A stretch of 64,000 nt of DNA from assembly GCA_040357565.1 (NCBI GenBank), contig JBDODJ010000013.1; one strand, given 5' to 3'. Of this stretch, positions 24,598 through 38,199 are shown piece after piece (position 1 is the stretch's first letter; each line of letters opens with the position of its first letter). This stretch comes from Cercozoa sp. M6MM (lineage: Eukaryota > Protista > Endomyxa: Ascetosporea). The notes below the pieces were generated by a model that made no database searches, had not been told where the DNA came from, and worked only from the letters and a program-made list of their open reading frames with translations. A program made the position numbers and the translations under genes.

Positions 24598-24949
24598 TTG
24601 GCTATACACTAACTCCCCTCCGCACTCTTTACCCCTGAGCTTAAGAACTGTGGACTACGGTCTGTAATTACGTCAGATGCTATTTTGTGGTTTGGCGAAA
24701 CGCCGCCAAAGGACCACGAGAAACGCTTCGCAGCCAAAATGACTTTCGTTCCCACAAAAACCACGACCCAAAGGTTTCTCAGATCCTCACGGGTTAGTCA
24801 AGGTGGAGAACATATTCATTCGTAGCTCCTCGGGCGACATCCGTGACACCATTTCCTGCACCTGCACGCGGCAAAGTCGCTGAGCAATGGCATGGGAAAC
24901 AATACAATGGCTTATCATACCGCAGGATCATTGATTTCGATGCCGACCT

Positions 24950-25983
24950 CATGATGTGCTGTCACTATCGGAGAGGGAGCAGACTGAGTCGGCGTTTGGA
25001 TCCTCATATAGAAGGGCACATGCATCTACACGCGCAGGGCGAGTAGTCAGGAAATTCTCATAAAAAATACCGGTAAATGTACCTTTGAGAACGGGAACTT
25101 GAACATCTTGAACTGTCCGCGCGGAAGTGACAAAACACCGTTGTCCACGAATTCGATGTTGATCCTGCAAGATAGTCATACAAAATTGATACAAAACAAG
25201 AAAGGGACAACACAAACAATACGTAAATCCGTGGAGTGTCTCCAGTCGTGCTTGTATACGTGTGGTCAGTTCTTGCGCGGCGCTGATCATCGCGACCTTT
25301 CTTCTTGACCTTAGGCAGTCTGTCACCCACAAACTCAAGCCTAGGGCACGAAGAAAACACGCACATCGTGGTACCACACAAGAGGTGACAGAAGAGAAGA
25401 ACGAATGGTGTCGCCAGAATAATTATTAAAAAGTTCGTTTCGTCTTCTCTCGTCAGCAAGGCGCCTGTCTGTGATGCCATTGCGAAGTTCGAGATAGTTA
25501 AGGTATCAGACAGAAAGTTTGAATTACGAACCACGCAAGCCGCAAGAACCACGAGGTAGAGAGGCCACAGCGGCCATCTGGTCGGACCGATATGCCCGAC
25601 ACTTTGGAACAACCTGTCTATATCGACGTTGTGGGCTTGCATTGCGTTTTTCTAAATTAAAATACACACGATGAAGGTATAATGCAGGGAGAACAAAATG
25701 AGTATAGCTACGAAGGTGTCCGGAAGTTGATTGCCTGTTGGCAACGAAGGGCGGTATCCCTCCGCAGTGCACAGAACCGTCCATTGATCTTCACTCGAAC
25801 CCTGGCGCACACATACGCCTGCTCGCACGTATTGTCACAAGTAAATTTAGGCAGCGGCATCAACTTCCAACAAGAGAAAGTTGTACCGTCTTGTTCGTGC
25901 GCCGAAATCACCTCATGTAGCTCGGGTTCGCAGCAGTCGCAGAAGCAGAAACTGATCTTCAAAATGTCGCCTATCCAACACAT
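24950..25983 (-). CDS. Hypothetical membrane protein (boundaries uncertain)
   Basis: Exon-like segments with a hydrophobic helix NFLIIILATPFVLLFCHLL followed by basic KKKGR. The splice model is incomplete. Confidence 0.3.
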
Positions 25984-26054
25984 CTCGATTTCAAAGCACC
26001 GAGAGGAACATTATGAAAACTATCACCGCAACCGTACCACACTCACAGACAGCG

Positions 26055-27737
26055 TCAGACGATAGGTGGCCACCGCTGTAGCCCGCCGACCGACCAGTTG
26101 ACCGGCCACCTGAGGAGTTTCTCGTGGTCGCCAATCGCGTCGTCCGTCCAGCGCGGCGTGTAGCGCCTGTCGACAAGTGGTTGCGGTGGCGTCGCCGTCG
26201 CGCGCGATTCCGCGAGCCCACACTCCTGCTGCTGCGCAGAAAAAACATACTGAGAACAAAAAACACAGAGCGCTCCGCACCGTCCTCGTCCGCCTCGGCG
26301 CCCACGAGCCATGCAATAATAACTCTTATTACTATTAGTCGCACTGCTTGATCAAGGTCCAGTATGATCAGTAGTAAATGACTCAACTGGTGAGGGACCC
26401 GATCAATTAAGCAGTCGGAAAAAACGATGCTTTGCTGCGTGTAGCCAGGGAAGTTCACCGCGTTGAGTCTGCAATTTCCACTGCACCATAGTTCACTGCC
26501 CGCTTTTTTGGTCGCCACTGGATCGTGCGGATGACGATACAGCGACGGTACTGGCTCGACTGTAAATTAATCGACTTTAGCTGTAAATCGAGTGACCCAA
26601 AGTGAGAGACAGAAAACGTACATGCAGGCTTGCGCAACAGTCATAAAATCTTCGTTGACGACATCGCTGTCTTCTGCGCGATCGCTCGCGTCAGTCACAA
26701 GTTCGAACGATGAAGATTTCGCTGTCTTCCGCGAGGACAGGTCTACGTTCCCAAAATACAAAGTAAATTTAAAACTCTTAAACGCTAAAGTCGAACGTAC
26801 GGACAAAGGAAGAGTTGGTCGCCGCAGCTGCGCTGCCTTGAAGTGGACGAAACGTGAGCTTGATAAGCCAAATCACTTCGTCTGCCGAATGAACCCACAT
26901 CGATTCCTACAGCGAGCCGCCAATCAGTGACAATTAAAAGCACCAGCTGGGGTGAAATCAATACTGCACCTGAGGATTCAGAACGTCGCACACTTCAAAC
27001 ACACGCGAGCTGTAATCATCCGATCGCTGCGAATCCAGAACCACGCAGATCGCATCCTTTGTGCGAATTAAAGTCGCCTGCGATGGACGCATCGCCTGGA
27101 ATCGCGACAGGTTGCTCGGGAGATCGTCGCTCGAAGCACTGTAGTATGTTCTACCAGTTCGAGCCAGCAGACACAACACAGCAGAACTGAATTTACTGTA
27201 CCTCAACTCGCAATCATCGCCGACACGGCGACAGAGCAAACGCGTGAGAGCCACGATCTTGTCCGCAGAATGAATGCAGTTGGCATCGGCAGCTTTTTCG
27301 GTCTCTTTCAAGAGCAGCAAGGCCGTCGCCACGGTAAGTGGGGCTTTGGGCGGACACCGGAAGAAGTTTACAATGGCACAGAGCGCACTCAGCACCTAAC
27401 AACATCACGGATCGCGAAAACTGGACGCGAGATTCGGAGAAAACACACTGCATAGCCTTCAAGCGGCTCTGCACGTAGAATTCCGTCCATACGACCAAAT
27501 CTCACCTAAATTACGGGTTCAGCTTCACATGGTACCAGCATAACCTCGGACAATTTATTTTGGAAAAGAGTAAGAGTGAAAAATCACCGTGTCCAAAGCA
27601 GCTTGCCGCAAAGCGTACTGCAAATCTCGCTTTTGCTCTTCCTTCAACCCAGGTGAGCCTTTGCTTTCTTCTGTTGCTGTTGATGTTGATGCTTGGTCAG
27701 TAGCAAGCGGCGTTTCTGCACACCGAATTAATCGCAT
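26055..27737 (-). CDS. Hypothetical multi-exon protein (boundaries uncertain)
   Basis: MRLIRCAETPLATDQAS...RQAALDT is followed by GT-AG-flanked exon-like segments. No family recognised. Confidence 0.3.
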
Positions 27738-28579
27738 TGGTTAAGTGCTTTAGGGAAAAGCACCTCTGCGGTCTCGCCTGTGTTGTTGAAGAAACAGCCG
27801 CAGTCCCAGTGATCTCAGCTACAAAAACATCGAACTTGTCAGTACAGGCTCCTAAACTTCACAGCTGCTGCTGTCAGGTGAATCACCAGCGATTTCCGGC
27901 GCAGAAACTTGCGGTATTCAAGGAAAAGTTTGAAAGCAACAGGCGTTCCCGCACCGAGAGCTATATATAACAAACAAAAAATCAAATGCAAAGAGAGCTC
28001 GAGCAGAAAGAAGCACCCAGAATGGAGGCAGCGACTATGCCTGGCTGCAGGCCGAGCGAGCCGGCCAATTCAGGGAAAAGGGCTTCAGGCGAAAACTCCA
28101 CTGCACACGAAGTTCTAAACTGACAAATTACAAGGTTTAAAAAGCATAACTTGCTGATTTGGGACGCCAGGGCAGGAAAATGGTCTAAACTCCGGAAAAT
28201 GGAACTGAGCTGAGTATCGTCAAAGAAAAGAGCTCCTAGAATCTGTCAGAATGAAAGAAGCTCGAAGCCGCTTGCGATCTCACAAAGGAAACGGAAAATC
28301 CGTAGCAAGCACTTGCAGCACGCCGTGGGAGAGGCCTGTGCGCCTAAATGCCAAAACCGAGATGATCCCTTGTCTTGATGATTCGGACATGAGCAGTGAG
28401 CCGGATTCTGGCAGTGCGTTTGATCTTCATTCTTCTTCTGCGGTGCTTCGATTGCCCACAAATTGCACCCAGAGAGTGGCTTTGATGGCTTAAAGCCTAA
28501 CTGTGGCTCAATTTTCCTGTTTGCCGACAGCAGACAGAGGCAGAGAAGTGAAACGTTCGTGGAGCTCACTCAGCGACCA

Positions 28580-31020
28580 ATGAAGCTGTACACCTATCAG
28601 GTGGTCAACGATTCCGCTGTTCCCCGCGGACAGAAGGCGCGCCAGGCCTCCGCGCGGCTGTTTGCAGCGGCACAACAAGGTCGTAGGCGCGGCGCCCGAC
28701 TCGCTTTACGCGACTTGGGCAATCACGCGGATGGTACCGTGACTATATTTTCCGTTCCAATGCTGTAACATTTGTGGATTTAGTGTGGATAAAAAACAGT
28801 GCTCTGCACGGATCGTGCTTCGCCTTTGATTGTTGCTGCGCGTAATGGGCACACCGCTGGTACCGAGGGCAGTCTGATCTGCGCAGTTTAGTTTTTGACT
28901 GATTCCACTGTACAAGTAATTTTGTATATCGTTTCCAGTTGTCGAACTCCTTTTGGAAGCTGGCGCCGATATTGAACACTGCGACAATGCAGGAATTACC
29001 GGACTGATGGCAGCTGCTGTAAAACAAGATTCTTTTGCATTCAATTTTGTGGGACTTGACCTTGATCATACAGCAAAGCGGCAACGTCGACTGCGTGCAA
29101 CTCTTTCTGGACCGAGGTGTTCTTTCCGCTTCACTGTCAGTTCTTGGGGTATCTCTGGAACAGTGTCACATAACACTGAACAGGAGCAAACGTGAACCGT
29201 GTTTCAGACGTTGGTCACACGACTTTGATGACGTAAACTGCTTCATACAATGTTTCAGCTTTGCTTCAGGCTGAATACCAGTTTACCTTTGTTGATGCAG
29301 AGCCGTGATGTTCGCGAAATGTAAAATTATTCAACTGCTGCTGTCGCATCCGTGTGAGTTTTGCTTTCTCCTGTTAACGCCATTCAGCATCTTGTCGCAA
29401 AACAACCTATTTAGGGAGACAGCAAGTTCGGTTGGAGATTGTTGATAACGCAAACTGCACTGTCTGGGATCTGGCTCGAGTCATGTATGAAATCCTTTCG
29501 GTGTTTTGGTGACGTTGTTTTGTGTGATCACATGTGTGCGCGTTCATAGGGACGTTGCCCCTGTGGTTTCGCTGCTAAAAGAACTGAAGGTCGACGAAGA
29601 CTGTCGTCGGTACTCGACTGTTCAATCCATCCCAGACAAATACAGAATATTCCGTTGTCTGACTTTTTAGTTTGAGACGAGAAGGCAAATTGTGTGCTGC
29701 CCCGCGGTCTGGCATGGTAGTCAAAATTTCCGAGGTTTATGTTTAAAAAAAAACTCGATTTGTTTTAGAAACAACGAGGACTCTCACTGTCTTCGTTTTC
29801 GACGTTGCGCAAAATGCCGCGACTGCCTGCGTGCGGCACACTCCGCGGTCATGTCAGTTCTTCGATTGCTTCTCACTGCTCTGCTCCGAATGCATTCGAC
29901 TTTTTAATTCAGGGCGAAGTGATGGTCGATGTTGTCGACACTTCAGTGTAAAAAGGGGCTTTTCTTGAGATCCTAAATGTGGAGAGATGACAGCATGAGT
30001 GTTATGTGTGGATGTGTGTGTGTAGCATCTTGTGGATTCGTACTGCAGTGCTAGGTCGTCGTCGCAACATTGCGCAGTGCCCGCTTGAGCACGTTCGACT
30101 GGCACACCATGGAGTGTACATGCTGATGCATTGGCCGACCTTGCAGCATGATGTTCAACTGTTGCTTCGCACATCGTCGAAACCGGCGACCACTGATCTG
30201 ATATCGCGCCTTTCTATCGCTCTGCAGGTATGAAATCTCAAGGTCTTTCTACGTTTTGTTTGTGACTATGCCTGGGCAGACTCAATATCCTCGACGTCAA
30301 CACATGCTCAAACTGGACGAAATGAGATCACTGTGTTCGTTTTGTTTCTGTTCTTTTTTGTTTCACATAGTCGCTTTGATCCAAACACACTTTGTAAAGT
30401 GAAACGCGCACGCGGCACCTACGACAAGCAAATCACGGCACACCGCGAAAAATCCACGATTTTGCAAACGAAAGAGCAGCGCGTGTTGGCTGCACTGACT
30501 GTAAGCACTGTTGTCTTGTGCTTTCACTTGAAAATGTAAGTCACCGTTGCTTTGATTGTTGCATGCGCAGGTGTTCGAGCGACACCGTGGCACCCACGAA
30601 GAAGTCGCCAAAGCACTCAAACGAACTCGATTCTTGCTGTCTGAGTATACTGACTTGTTCTACCGCAACTCGGCAGGGTATTTTGTAACTGTGTGTCCCT
30701 AACAGTATACGTAAGGAGCAAGAAGCCCGCAAAGCAGCGCTCGCGAGAAGTATCGATGAATGTCGCGAACTGTGCGCCGGTGTTCACGCTGCCTTCCCTC
30801 GAGAGGTACCTTTATCTACGAGGATTGAAGTTAGACTGTGACTTCCAACGGCTGACAAAAACAGGGACCGAGTGATATTCGCAGCACTGCCGCGCCCTTG
30901 TGTTCCAGTGCGAGTCAACTGCTCGTATTTTCTTCTCTTGATGTTGATTAGCTGTCTTTGGGGCGAGTGATTAAACACGTATTGTTACAGGCACTGCTGG
31001 CTTCGCAAGAGCGCGACTAA
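28580..31020 (+). CDS. Ankyrin-repeat protein with uncharacterised C-terminal region
   Basis: Spliced exons: SPLIVAARNGHTA|VVELLLEAGADIEHCDNAGITGLMAA|QSGNVDCVQLFLDR|GANVNRVSDVGHTTLM, which are consecutive ankyrin repeats. The 3' end is approximate. Confidence 0.75.
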
Positions 31021-31258
31021 CGAACTGAACACAACCGGCAACTGAAGGACTCGAATTTCGTCAGTCGCCCGATACGTTCGTTTAGCGACGCGAAAGGCCG
31101 TTCGGCTTCGTTTCGTTCAGTTGCATATTCAATTTTACGTACTACTAGCGGTATTGTGACCAAGTATACTTGACTCGTGCGTGACTGAACGCATACTTTC
31201 GTTTCACTGTTGCTTTGAAGCTTCGCTTCGTTTGTTTACGTTAGCTGTACCGTTCTAA

Positions 31259-32900
31259 TCAGAAGCACGTCCACCAGTAAAGCTGCAGTAGCACGACATA
31301 GACAGTGACGCAGAGAACGCACTCTTGCTGGTACTGCTGTATTTTGCCCGGAAGGGTTTTCAGCAAGGCAAGCAAACCCTTGCGAATCGACTTGCGCTTG
31401 CGCACGACGACGGGTTTCACCTCGGGTCGCGGAGGCATCTTCATCTCTCTGCAGAACGGCTATGGTAATAATAGGTGTCAGAGGTTTGGTTAGTGCCGTA
31501 GTACGAGAACAACCGCTGCACAAAGCCCTCGCAGCGAGCATGACTCGCTGACATGTTGCACAAGGGAAATGGGTCCAACACCAGGCAGCCTTGCATGCAC
31601 ACCTGTCGAATGGAGTCGCAAAACGCCTCCTCCGTTGCTGGCGAGACTAGAATAAAGTGAAGAGTACTAAAAATTTGGTTTAGTGTCCGGAAGAGTTGTT
31701 ACTTTCGCACAGGGCGTCAGAGGCGATACGATGCTGCAGATTGCGGAACTCTACATTTTAACGACACCAAACAATACCGGTACTGTTAGTTCAGTTCAGT
31801 TTTGTACCAGCACGTGCTTTCAACAAAGGCACTTGCAGTGGCGTTTCGTTGCCTCCGAGGTTGTCAGTTGGGTCCATTCTGAGCGCAGATAATTCTCCAA
31901 ACTGAAAATTCAGTTGCGATTGAAGTAGAAATTTAAGTTACAAAGCACGAACGGCCAGTCGCAGCAGATGCGTTTGTTCCCGTCGATAACGATCCCGGAG
32001 CAGTTCGATTCCTTGCTCGCGTTTCTCGGGTGAGTCGTAGTGCAGCATTCGACTGAATCGAATTGAAGGTGAGTGCCTCATTCCTCAAGGTGACTTTAAT
32101 GTACCGAGTGTCGACGGAAGCAACACTGCTGGTCTCGCGCTGTATGACACCAACGTGCGCTCCCAAGTCACGTGCTGCGTCGGCGACTTCGCAAGCGACA
32201 GTCGCTTCCTGGTGTGCCGTATCGTAGAACTCCTTACCGAGCACAGTCGGGCCACGCGACGACCCGGTCGACTTCTCCTCGTCCTCTTCGTCGCTGGAGG
32301 CACTCGTGCGCGACATGCTTCGGTGCAAGTGAGTGTCTCGCTCGCGCACCAAACGTCGCATCGTTGTTTCGAATGCTTCCCTGTTGTTTACTAACGCAAG
32401 ACCACAGGGTGGTCAGCTTTATCTCGTGTTGTGTATTGTAGTTGCGAAACAGGTGAATTTACGCAGTTGACGCAACAGAGCAATGTTTGGTAATTTCCGG
32501 AGAACGTGCTTTGACACGTGTTTCTTCATTTCGGCGAGTTTGCGCTCGTCGCTTTCGAGTGCGGCGCGAACGCGCTCTTTTTGTTCCCACTGCGCGACCG
32601 ACTCGCGCGTTAGCAGGGCGGTCTGTGCTTTCAATCGATCGGCATGAGCATCGGCAACCCGCTGTTGGTTCTGTAGTGACGTTTCTCGCGCACGCAGTTC
32701 TTCGCGAAAGCGATTGATGCCATCTTCGCTCACTGAGGAAAGCACTCAACTGGCGAGACTTAATCGGATACTGTAGATCCAAAACAGAACACTACGAGCA
32801 CGAATGTCCTCAACCGTGACCTTCTTGTCGAGTTCCTCCCACATGGTTGTCAGCTTAGGGAGATTCAAACGGTTAAATCGCGCTCGACTCACACTTCCAT
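31259..32900 (-). CDS. Hypothetical coiled-coil protein (possibly two genes)
   Basis: Heptad-rich exon FREELRARETSLQNQQRVADAHADRLKAQ.... Downstream exons splice in frame to ...KSIRKGLLALLKTLPGKIQQYQQE|LYWWTCF*. Confidence 0.45.
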
Positions 32901-33914
32901 TTTTGCGTTCGCTTGTCGCGTACCTTTTCGGACTTTGCAGTTCAGTTTTTTGTTAGCTGAACCCCGTGAGACAGGGGTCTAGAATGGTCTAGAATAATCT
33001 AACACATTTCTAGGATTTCTAGGATTTCTAGGCTGACTCTAGAAATCACAGAACGGGTAGAAATCGCTAGAAATGGGTCGAAAATTCACGGACTTGTGCC
33101 GCCCACAAAACGGTCGAACGACTTTAAACCCTGGTTTAGAAAACAGCAGCCCGCATCACAGCGCAGCGTGCAGTGTTTCGAGCACTGTGGCCTGCTTAGA
33201 ACGCTATATGAGCAAAAAAAATTGAGGATGATGCAAAAGTCTAAAACTTTAGCCAATTTTGTAGGAATGCGCTTGCAATAGCCCACCACGCACTTCAAGT
33301 CCTCACTGACGAGCGTGTCCTACTTGGACGCTGCACCCGGAACCATGGGCGAACCACAGTTAACGGGCAATGAGACTTTGTTGTTCCGTGGGCCTACCAG
33401 CGGATGTACGATCTTCCGTTAGTTGAGTTCAATTTAGATTAAAATTTGTGCACGAGTTTCAACCATAACATCATGGGCCGAATCGATGGTGAGACCATGG
33501 CACAGGCGTTGTTATCTGGACTGTTCAGTCTAGTAGATGTATACTATGATACAGGATACAGAAAGAAATAATATCTAATTTAAATCTCGCTACAAGTACC
33601 TAAGTTTACTCAGTTTTACATTGGTAAATGTATTTGATCATATCAAAAATTCATTTAAGCACATTCACGCCCAAGTCCACGTTTTAAATTGCAATCGATA
33701 AGTCGATAAACACACACCGACGCGACCGTGCCGCTGGGCATCTTCTCAGATGCTTGTGGTATCTTTGAATATTCCTTTCATTTCGTCAGCCGAAAAATTG
33801 CCACACCTACAGAAGAGACATTGAGCGGCTGAGAAACTGTCCACCCCGGTATGCAGTCTCTCCCTCAAATTAAATCACTGTTCACAGCCTTCTGTGAGCG
33901 TTTAGCTGCATCAA

Positions 33915-34385
33915 TGTTACGGCATAGCGTTTCTCAACCAGTCAAGTTGTCATCTGACGACTCGTCAGCGCGGACGATCAAATCTGAACCAGTAAATTTA
34001 TGGTTAATAGTGAAGGATTTGTTTTGCTAGGTATCTCCTGCATTACATCCTGAGGCTTCTACCTTGCATTCAGTTGTCAAGTGTTGTGCAGACCTGACTT
34101 CCTAGCTTGGGTCAAGCTTTCTACAGCTCACGCACTTTGACTGCAGGTATCTCTTCTCCAGCTTCCTTCTACGGAGCTCTTGTCCCTTCGCACTTGATAC
34201 GTTCTGCCGTGATAGTGCTTGGGCTGTTTTCTTTTAATTGCCATCAACAAGCCTTCGAGCTTTCGACGACCTTTTCTACAAGGATATGTCTTCTAATCAT
34301 CCGCATCGACGCCATTCTAACTGCGTGTTACTTCCTTTATTTAGTCGTCTTCAATACCTTAGTTACTGGTTTCCATACCGTAACA
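33915..34385. mobile_element. Solo LTR nested in the TIR element (471 bp)
   Basis: 8-bp terminal inverted repeat TGTTACGG...CCGTAACA with a perfect 4-bp TSD TCAA on both sides. CpG-depleted. The 5' part shares CCAGTCA, TCTGA and GCGCGGA with copy 1. Confidence 0.85.
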
Positions 34386-35884
34386 TCAAACAGGGTTGTT
34401 TCTTAGACTTCCTCGCGGATCGGGTTTGAGGTGCCAAGTATCTTTGTCAAGTAACATGAACGGCATAGCGATTGGAGATGTAGTAACATGACCGTATGTG
34501 AGGAAAACCAACACCGTGCTAGGTTTCTTTCGGTTGATCTGCAGTTGCTTCAAATCGTACAGTCCTACGCGTCAGGTACGCTACTTCAGGCGTACCTCTA
34601 ATCTATCGCACGAATGCCATGCGGTCACAGATTCGTCAAGGCACAGAGTTGCTGTCTTCGCAAGGGTTACAAGGGTACGAATATCTCCCCTCGAGGTCGT
34701 CGCGCATGACATCACGAGTGTCGTATGCGCGCACAGATCTGGGTACCGGACATCATTCGTGCCCTCGTCTTTCTCACTCGAGACCTCCCCCCTTACACTC
34801 TCGGCGAAGGGCCCATTCGCACGCCACCGGAAGCATGCCCACCCGGGTGCACAGAGATCGCTTGCAAGCGGTAATTCTTTCTGTGATCTCTGAATTTCTC
34901 AACAGGGTGTCTGGGCTCACCGTTTTAGTGGTTGCTCAACTTTGCTTGCGACCTGGCTGGCGCGGGGTGCTCGCGGGAGCACTTCGCGAAGATGGTCGGT
35001 GATGCCGGTGACCTTTCTCTATTTGATTTCGTTTTCGAAGCCCGAGTGATACGATACTCAGACAGTAGTCGCCGCTAGTCATGATAAAGTTGTTACAAAC
35101 ACAGAACGTATAAGAAGGCAGGGCCTTTAATGGTGTCCAGGTTTGCTCGCAATTTTGTTTTTTTTTTAAAGTTAAAAGGGGAGCGGAAAAAGAAACGGTC
35201 AGCGAGACTGCCCGTCCGCCGGAACGCCACTGCACGCTTGTGCTCGCGGTCCCTGCTGTCGGCTCGGCAGCTGCCGCGGATGCTTTGAGTGCGGTGCGTT
35301 GTTGCGGGGGTTTCTGTTTTTTTTGCGCATATCGTCTGGTTGTCGATTTTCGCCGGTGTGCGTAGTCAACCAGCGCGCAGCCGCAGCCGCAGCCGCCCCG
35401 GTCAGGTGAGTCGGCACAAGTGGCAGAGACGGCCACTGGGGCCAACCTGAGCGATTTCGTGCTATCCCGGTGATGCAACACCCACGTTAAAGGTTGACAT
35501 TCCTGTACTGAGATTTGAATTTGTTTCGGTGCTCGTGTGCATGTCATGAAGTGGTATGCCTACAGATTCAAGCTGACGTGAGTGGCTGCGATATCAGCGC
35601 CTTGGCAGATGATGCTGAAATTGAGGTATTGCTGTGTGCGTGTTCGATGGTGTCCGTGTTATATGCCAGTATTTGTGCCTGTCTCTGTGTCGGTCCGGGT
35701 TTTTACCTACTGTATCTGTGTGAACATGGTATTGTGTGTCCGTGTGTGCGTGCGGCATAGACGTGTCTTTGCGCACTGTAGTTCGGCGGGAGTAAGTGAG
35801 GCAAGAACAACGCTCTCGGCGTGCTCTAACTCGTCATACCTGGTATTGTCTTTACACAACTCCTGCAGTCATGTCACGATCTAC

Positions 35885-35923
<39 letters not shown>

Positions 35924-35936
35924 CGTGTGTATGAAG

Positions 35937-36887
35937 ATCCAGACCCACTCCTGGATGTTTACGACGCGCTGCCGACGCTGACCGTGAAAAACGTGGAGTG
36001 CGTGTTCTTTGGGTACTGTCTAAGCCAAGTCGAGGATCTCGCGGCATGTATCGTTCGCATGGCTCGCCTGCTTGCGGTATTATCGGTATGTCCACATTTT
36101 GTGCTAACATCGTTATTTCGACAGTGCCCCGTCGGTGACTTGTTCCTGCGCGTGTATTTGTCGACGGATGAGCCCTCGTCTCACTCGCGCCTACTGGTAC
36201 TGTAGACGATTTTCCCGCTGTTAATATTTGGTACCGTGCACTGATGCAGCCTGCGCTGTTTCCCAAGATCAACAGCGCCCAGATCGAACGCTTGCAGCGG
36301 CAGCCAGACGAGTGGGTGGACAAGCCGTTGAAGCCGCTGTGGAACCTGCTAGGTCGCTCGGTGTTCCTGTCGCCGAGTGGTATTGCTCTCGCACTCCCGT
36401 CGAACTTGCACTTTCAAATAACTTCACTGGCTGCAGAGAAGGAGTTCTACGTCATGTGGACTCTCGTCGAGCTGTCGCACCCTGTCACCTTGCAGGTATA
36501 TCTTTAATTCATTGCTCGTTTAGTTTAGACAGTATCTTTAATGTCTCTTTTCTGTCTTTAGGGCAAAGAACAACGATATGTCACGGACTTCGCATCGAAC
36601 TACAGCGACGAGGTGCGTGCGCACGTGCAGAACTACCGGGGGGGGCCTGGAAGATCTTATTGGTATCCACTGTGATTGTTGTCGTGGGATAGAGTGTTGG
36701 TTTTGCTTTCGACAATTTTACTGTCTCGCAGGAGCGCGCCGAGGCCGCAACGGACGCCGATTTTGTGAAAGCCAAGCGAGACAAGGAAGCAGCATCTACG
36801 CCAGTCGAACCGCAGGCTGGCGCAAAGCGTCGTTCGGCCGGCAACCGGCCTCGTCGGGCTCGTGCGAAAAAGCCTCGGTCATCGTAA
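35937..36887 (+). CDS. Spliced cargo gene inside the TIR element, basic NLS-like C-terminus (5' end unresolved)
   Basis: Five in-frame GT-AG exons: DPLLDVYDALPTL...LAVLS|CPVGDLFLRVYL...SRLL|PALFPKINSAQIERLQ...PVTLQ|GKEQRYVTDFASNYSDE|ERAEAA...KRRSAGNRPRRARAKKPRSS*. Confidence 0.7.
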
Positions 36888-37461
36888 TTGAGCATCGCAG
36901 TTCTACGTTATTCTATAGTTATTCTACTCTTTCTAACTTGGTTCTAGCTCATTTCTAACTTGGTTCTAGCTCATTTCTAGCTCGGTTCTAGCTTATATCT
37001 AACTATTCTATTGTATTTCTAGTTCATTCTATTCCATTTCTATCTATTCTATTGTATTTCTAGTGTATTCTATTCCATTTCCAACTATTCTATTGCATTT
37101 ATAGTGTATTTCTATCCATTTCTAATACATTTCTACAGTTTCTACTGTATTTCTACAGTTTCTACTATATTTCTAGTGCATTTCTAACATATTTCTAGAG
37201 CGGTTCTAGAAAGTTCGTGTTTCTCGATGCATTTCTAGAACATTCTAGACCCCTGTCTCACGGGGGAAGCACAAAATAATTGAACTGAAAGACTCAGTTC
37301 TTTCAAAACAGTCGAGTCTAGATTGTTACCTGGTCGCTGTTTTCGCCCAGGGTTGTTTGTCTACCGCCATTTAGAGCAAAAACACAAGCAACTTGGAGTT
37401 TTTCCTCAAGGAGTTAGGTTAGCAGGAGTTTTCGACAGTAAAGTAGCGAGTATTCGCAAAA

Positions 37462-38199
37462 TCAAGAAAAGTTCAATCTGCGCATGAGTCGATCGCGTCG
37501 CTGCTCTAGTTCCTGGATGGCACCTGAGCAATTGCGTTGCAAGCCAGCATCAACAAAAGCAAAATTTGAAACGTCAGAGGGACAGAAACAGATACGTTGC
37601 TGTTGCCGCAGTTGTTTCTGCAGGTCGGCAGGTGCGTCACAATAATCCACATCCTCCTCATAGTCGTCGGAGCGAGTCCACAGGTGTCGCTGATGACTCA
37701 GTGACTCGTTGATCTCGCGGGCGAAACTGTGCTCCTCACGTGTCTGCTGCAGCACGCGCTCCTGTCGGACAATCTTAGAGTTGAGCGACTCCTCCTCGGC
37801 ACGCCGCTCCGCCAGTCCGTGTTGAAGACTGTGGGGGGAGAGGGTTAGGGTTAAAGGGGTAGGGAGTAAGAGGGGAGGCAAGATACTCACTGATCTCCCG
37901 AAAGCGTCGCAGCTTGGCCTCCCAGAACTCGGTCTGCTGGCGCAGCTGGTGGTGCAGCACGCCTTCGTAGTAACTTCGCACTGACGCCGCCTTGGCTCGC
38001 GCGTACGCGTCCTCGTCGTCGTCCTTGTACTGCCTCCATAAACACATGAATATCCATTTAAACTAACCCCCTTAAACATGTCCCTTTAAAGTCGCCCCCT
38101 TAAAGATAGCCAACAGGAGGTACGTGCTGAGGTTGACGTGGCGTCGCATGCGGCACTGGTGATTCCAGTCGCGGATTTCCGCGCTCCACGTACATCTGG
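37462..38199 (-). CDS. BRAP/IMP/ETP1-like protein, C-terminal coiled coil (5' part lost in the gap at about 38245-38344)
   Basis: KAASVRSYYEGVLHHQLRQQTEFWEAKL resembles the BRAP 'EYxxLLTSQLESQRxYWE' segment. It is followed by AREINESL and IQELEQRRDRLMRRL. Confidence 0.5.

Larger units (their letters stand above)
32962..37265. mobile_element. TIR DNA transposon (CACTA/CMC-like termini), 4304 bp, non-autonomous, with cargo gene
   Basis: 25-bp perfect TIR CCCCGTGAGACAGGGGTCTAGAATG, extendable to about 33 bp with one mismatch. 3-bp TSD GAA at 32959-32961 and 37266-37268. Dense subterminal TTCTA/TTTCTAG repeats at both ends (32975-33075, 36900-37250). No DDE transposase visible. Confidence 0.9.

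Noticed and set aside
25116-25127. Third TCCGCGCGGAAG motif as another LTR copy
   Set aside because: It lies in exon-like sequence with none of the other family motifs or termini; probably chance.
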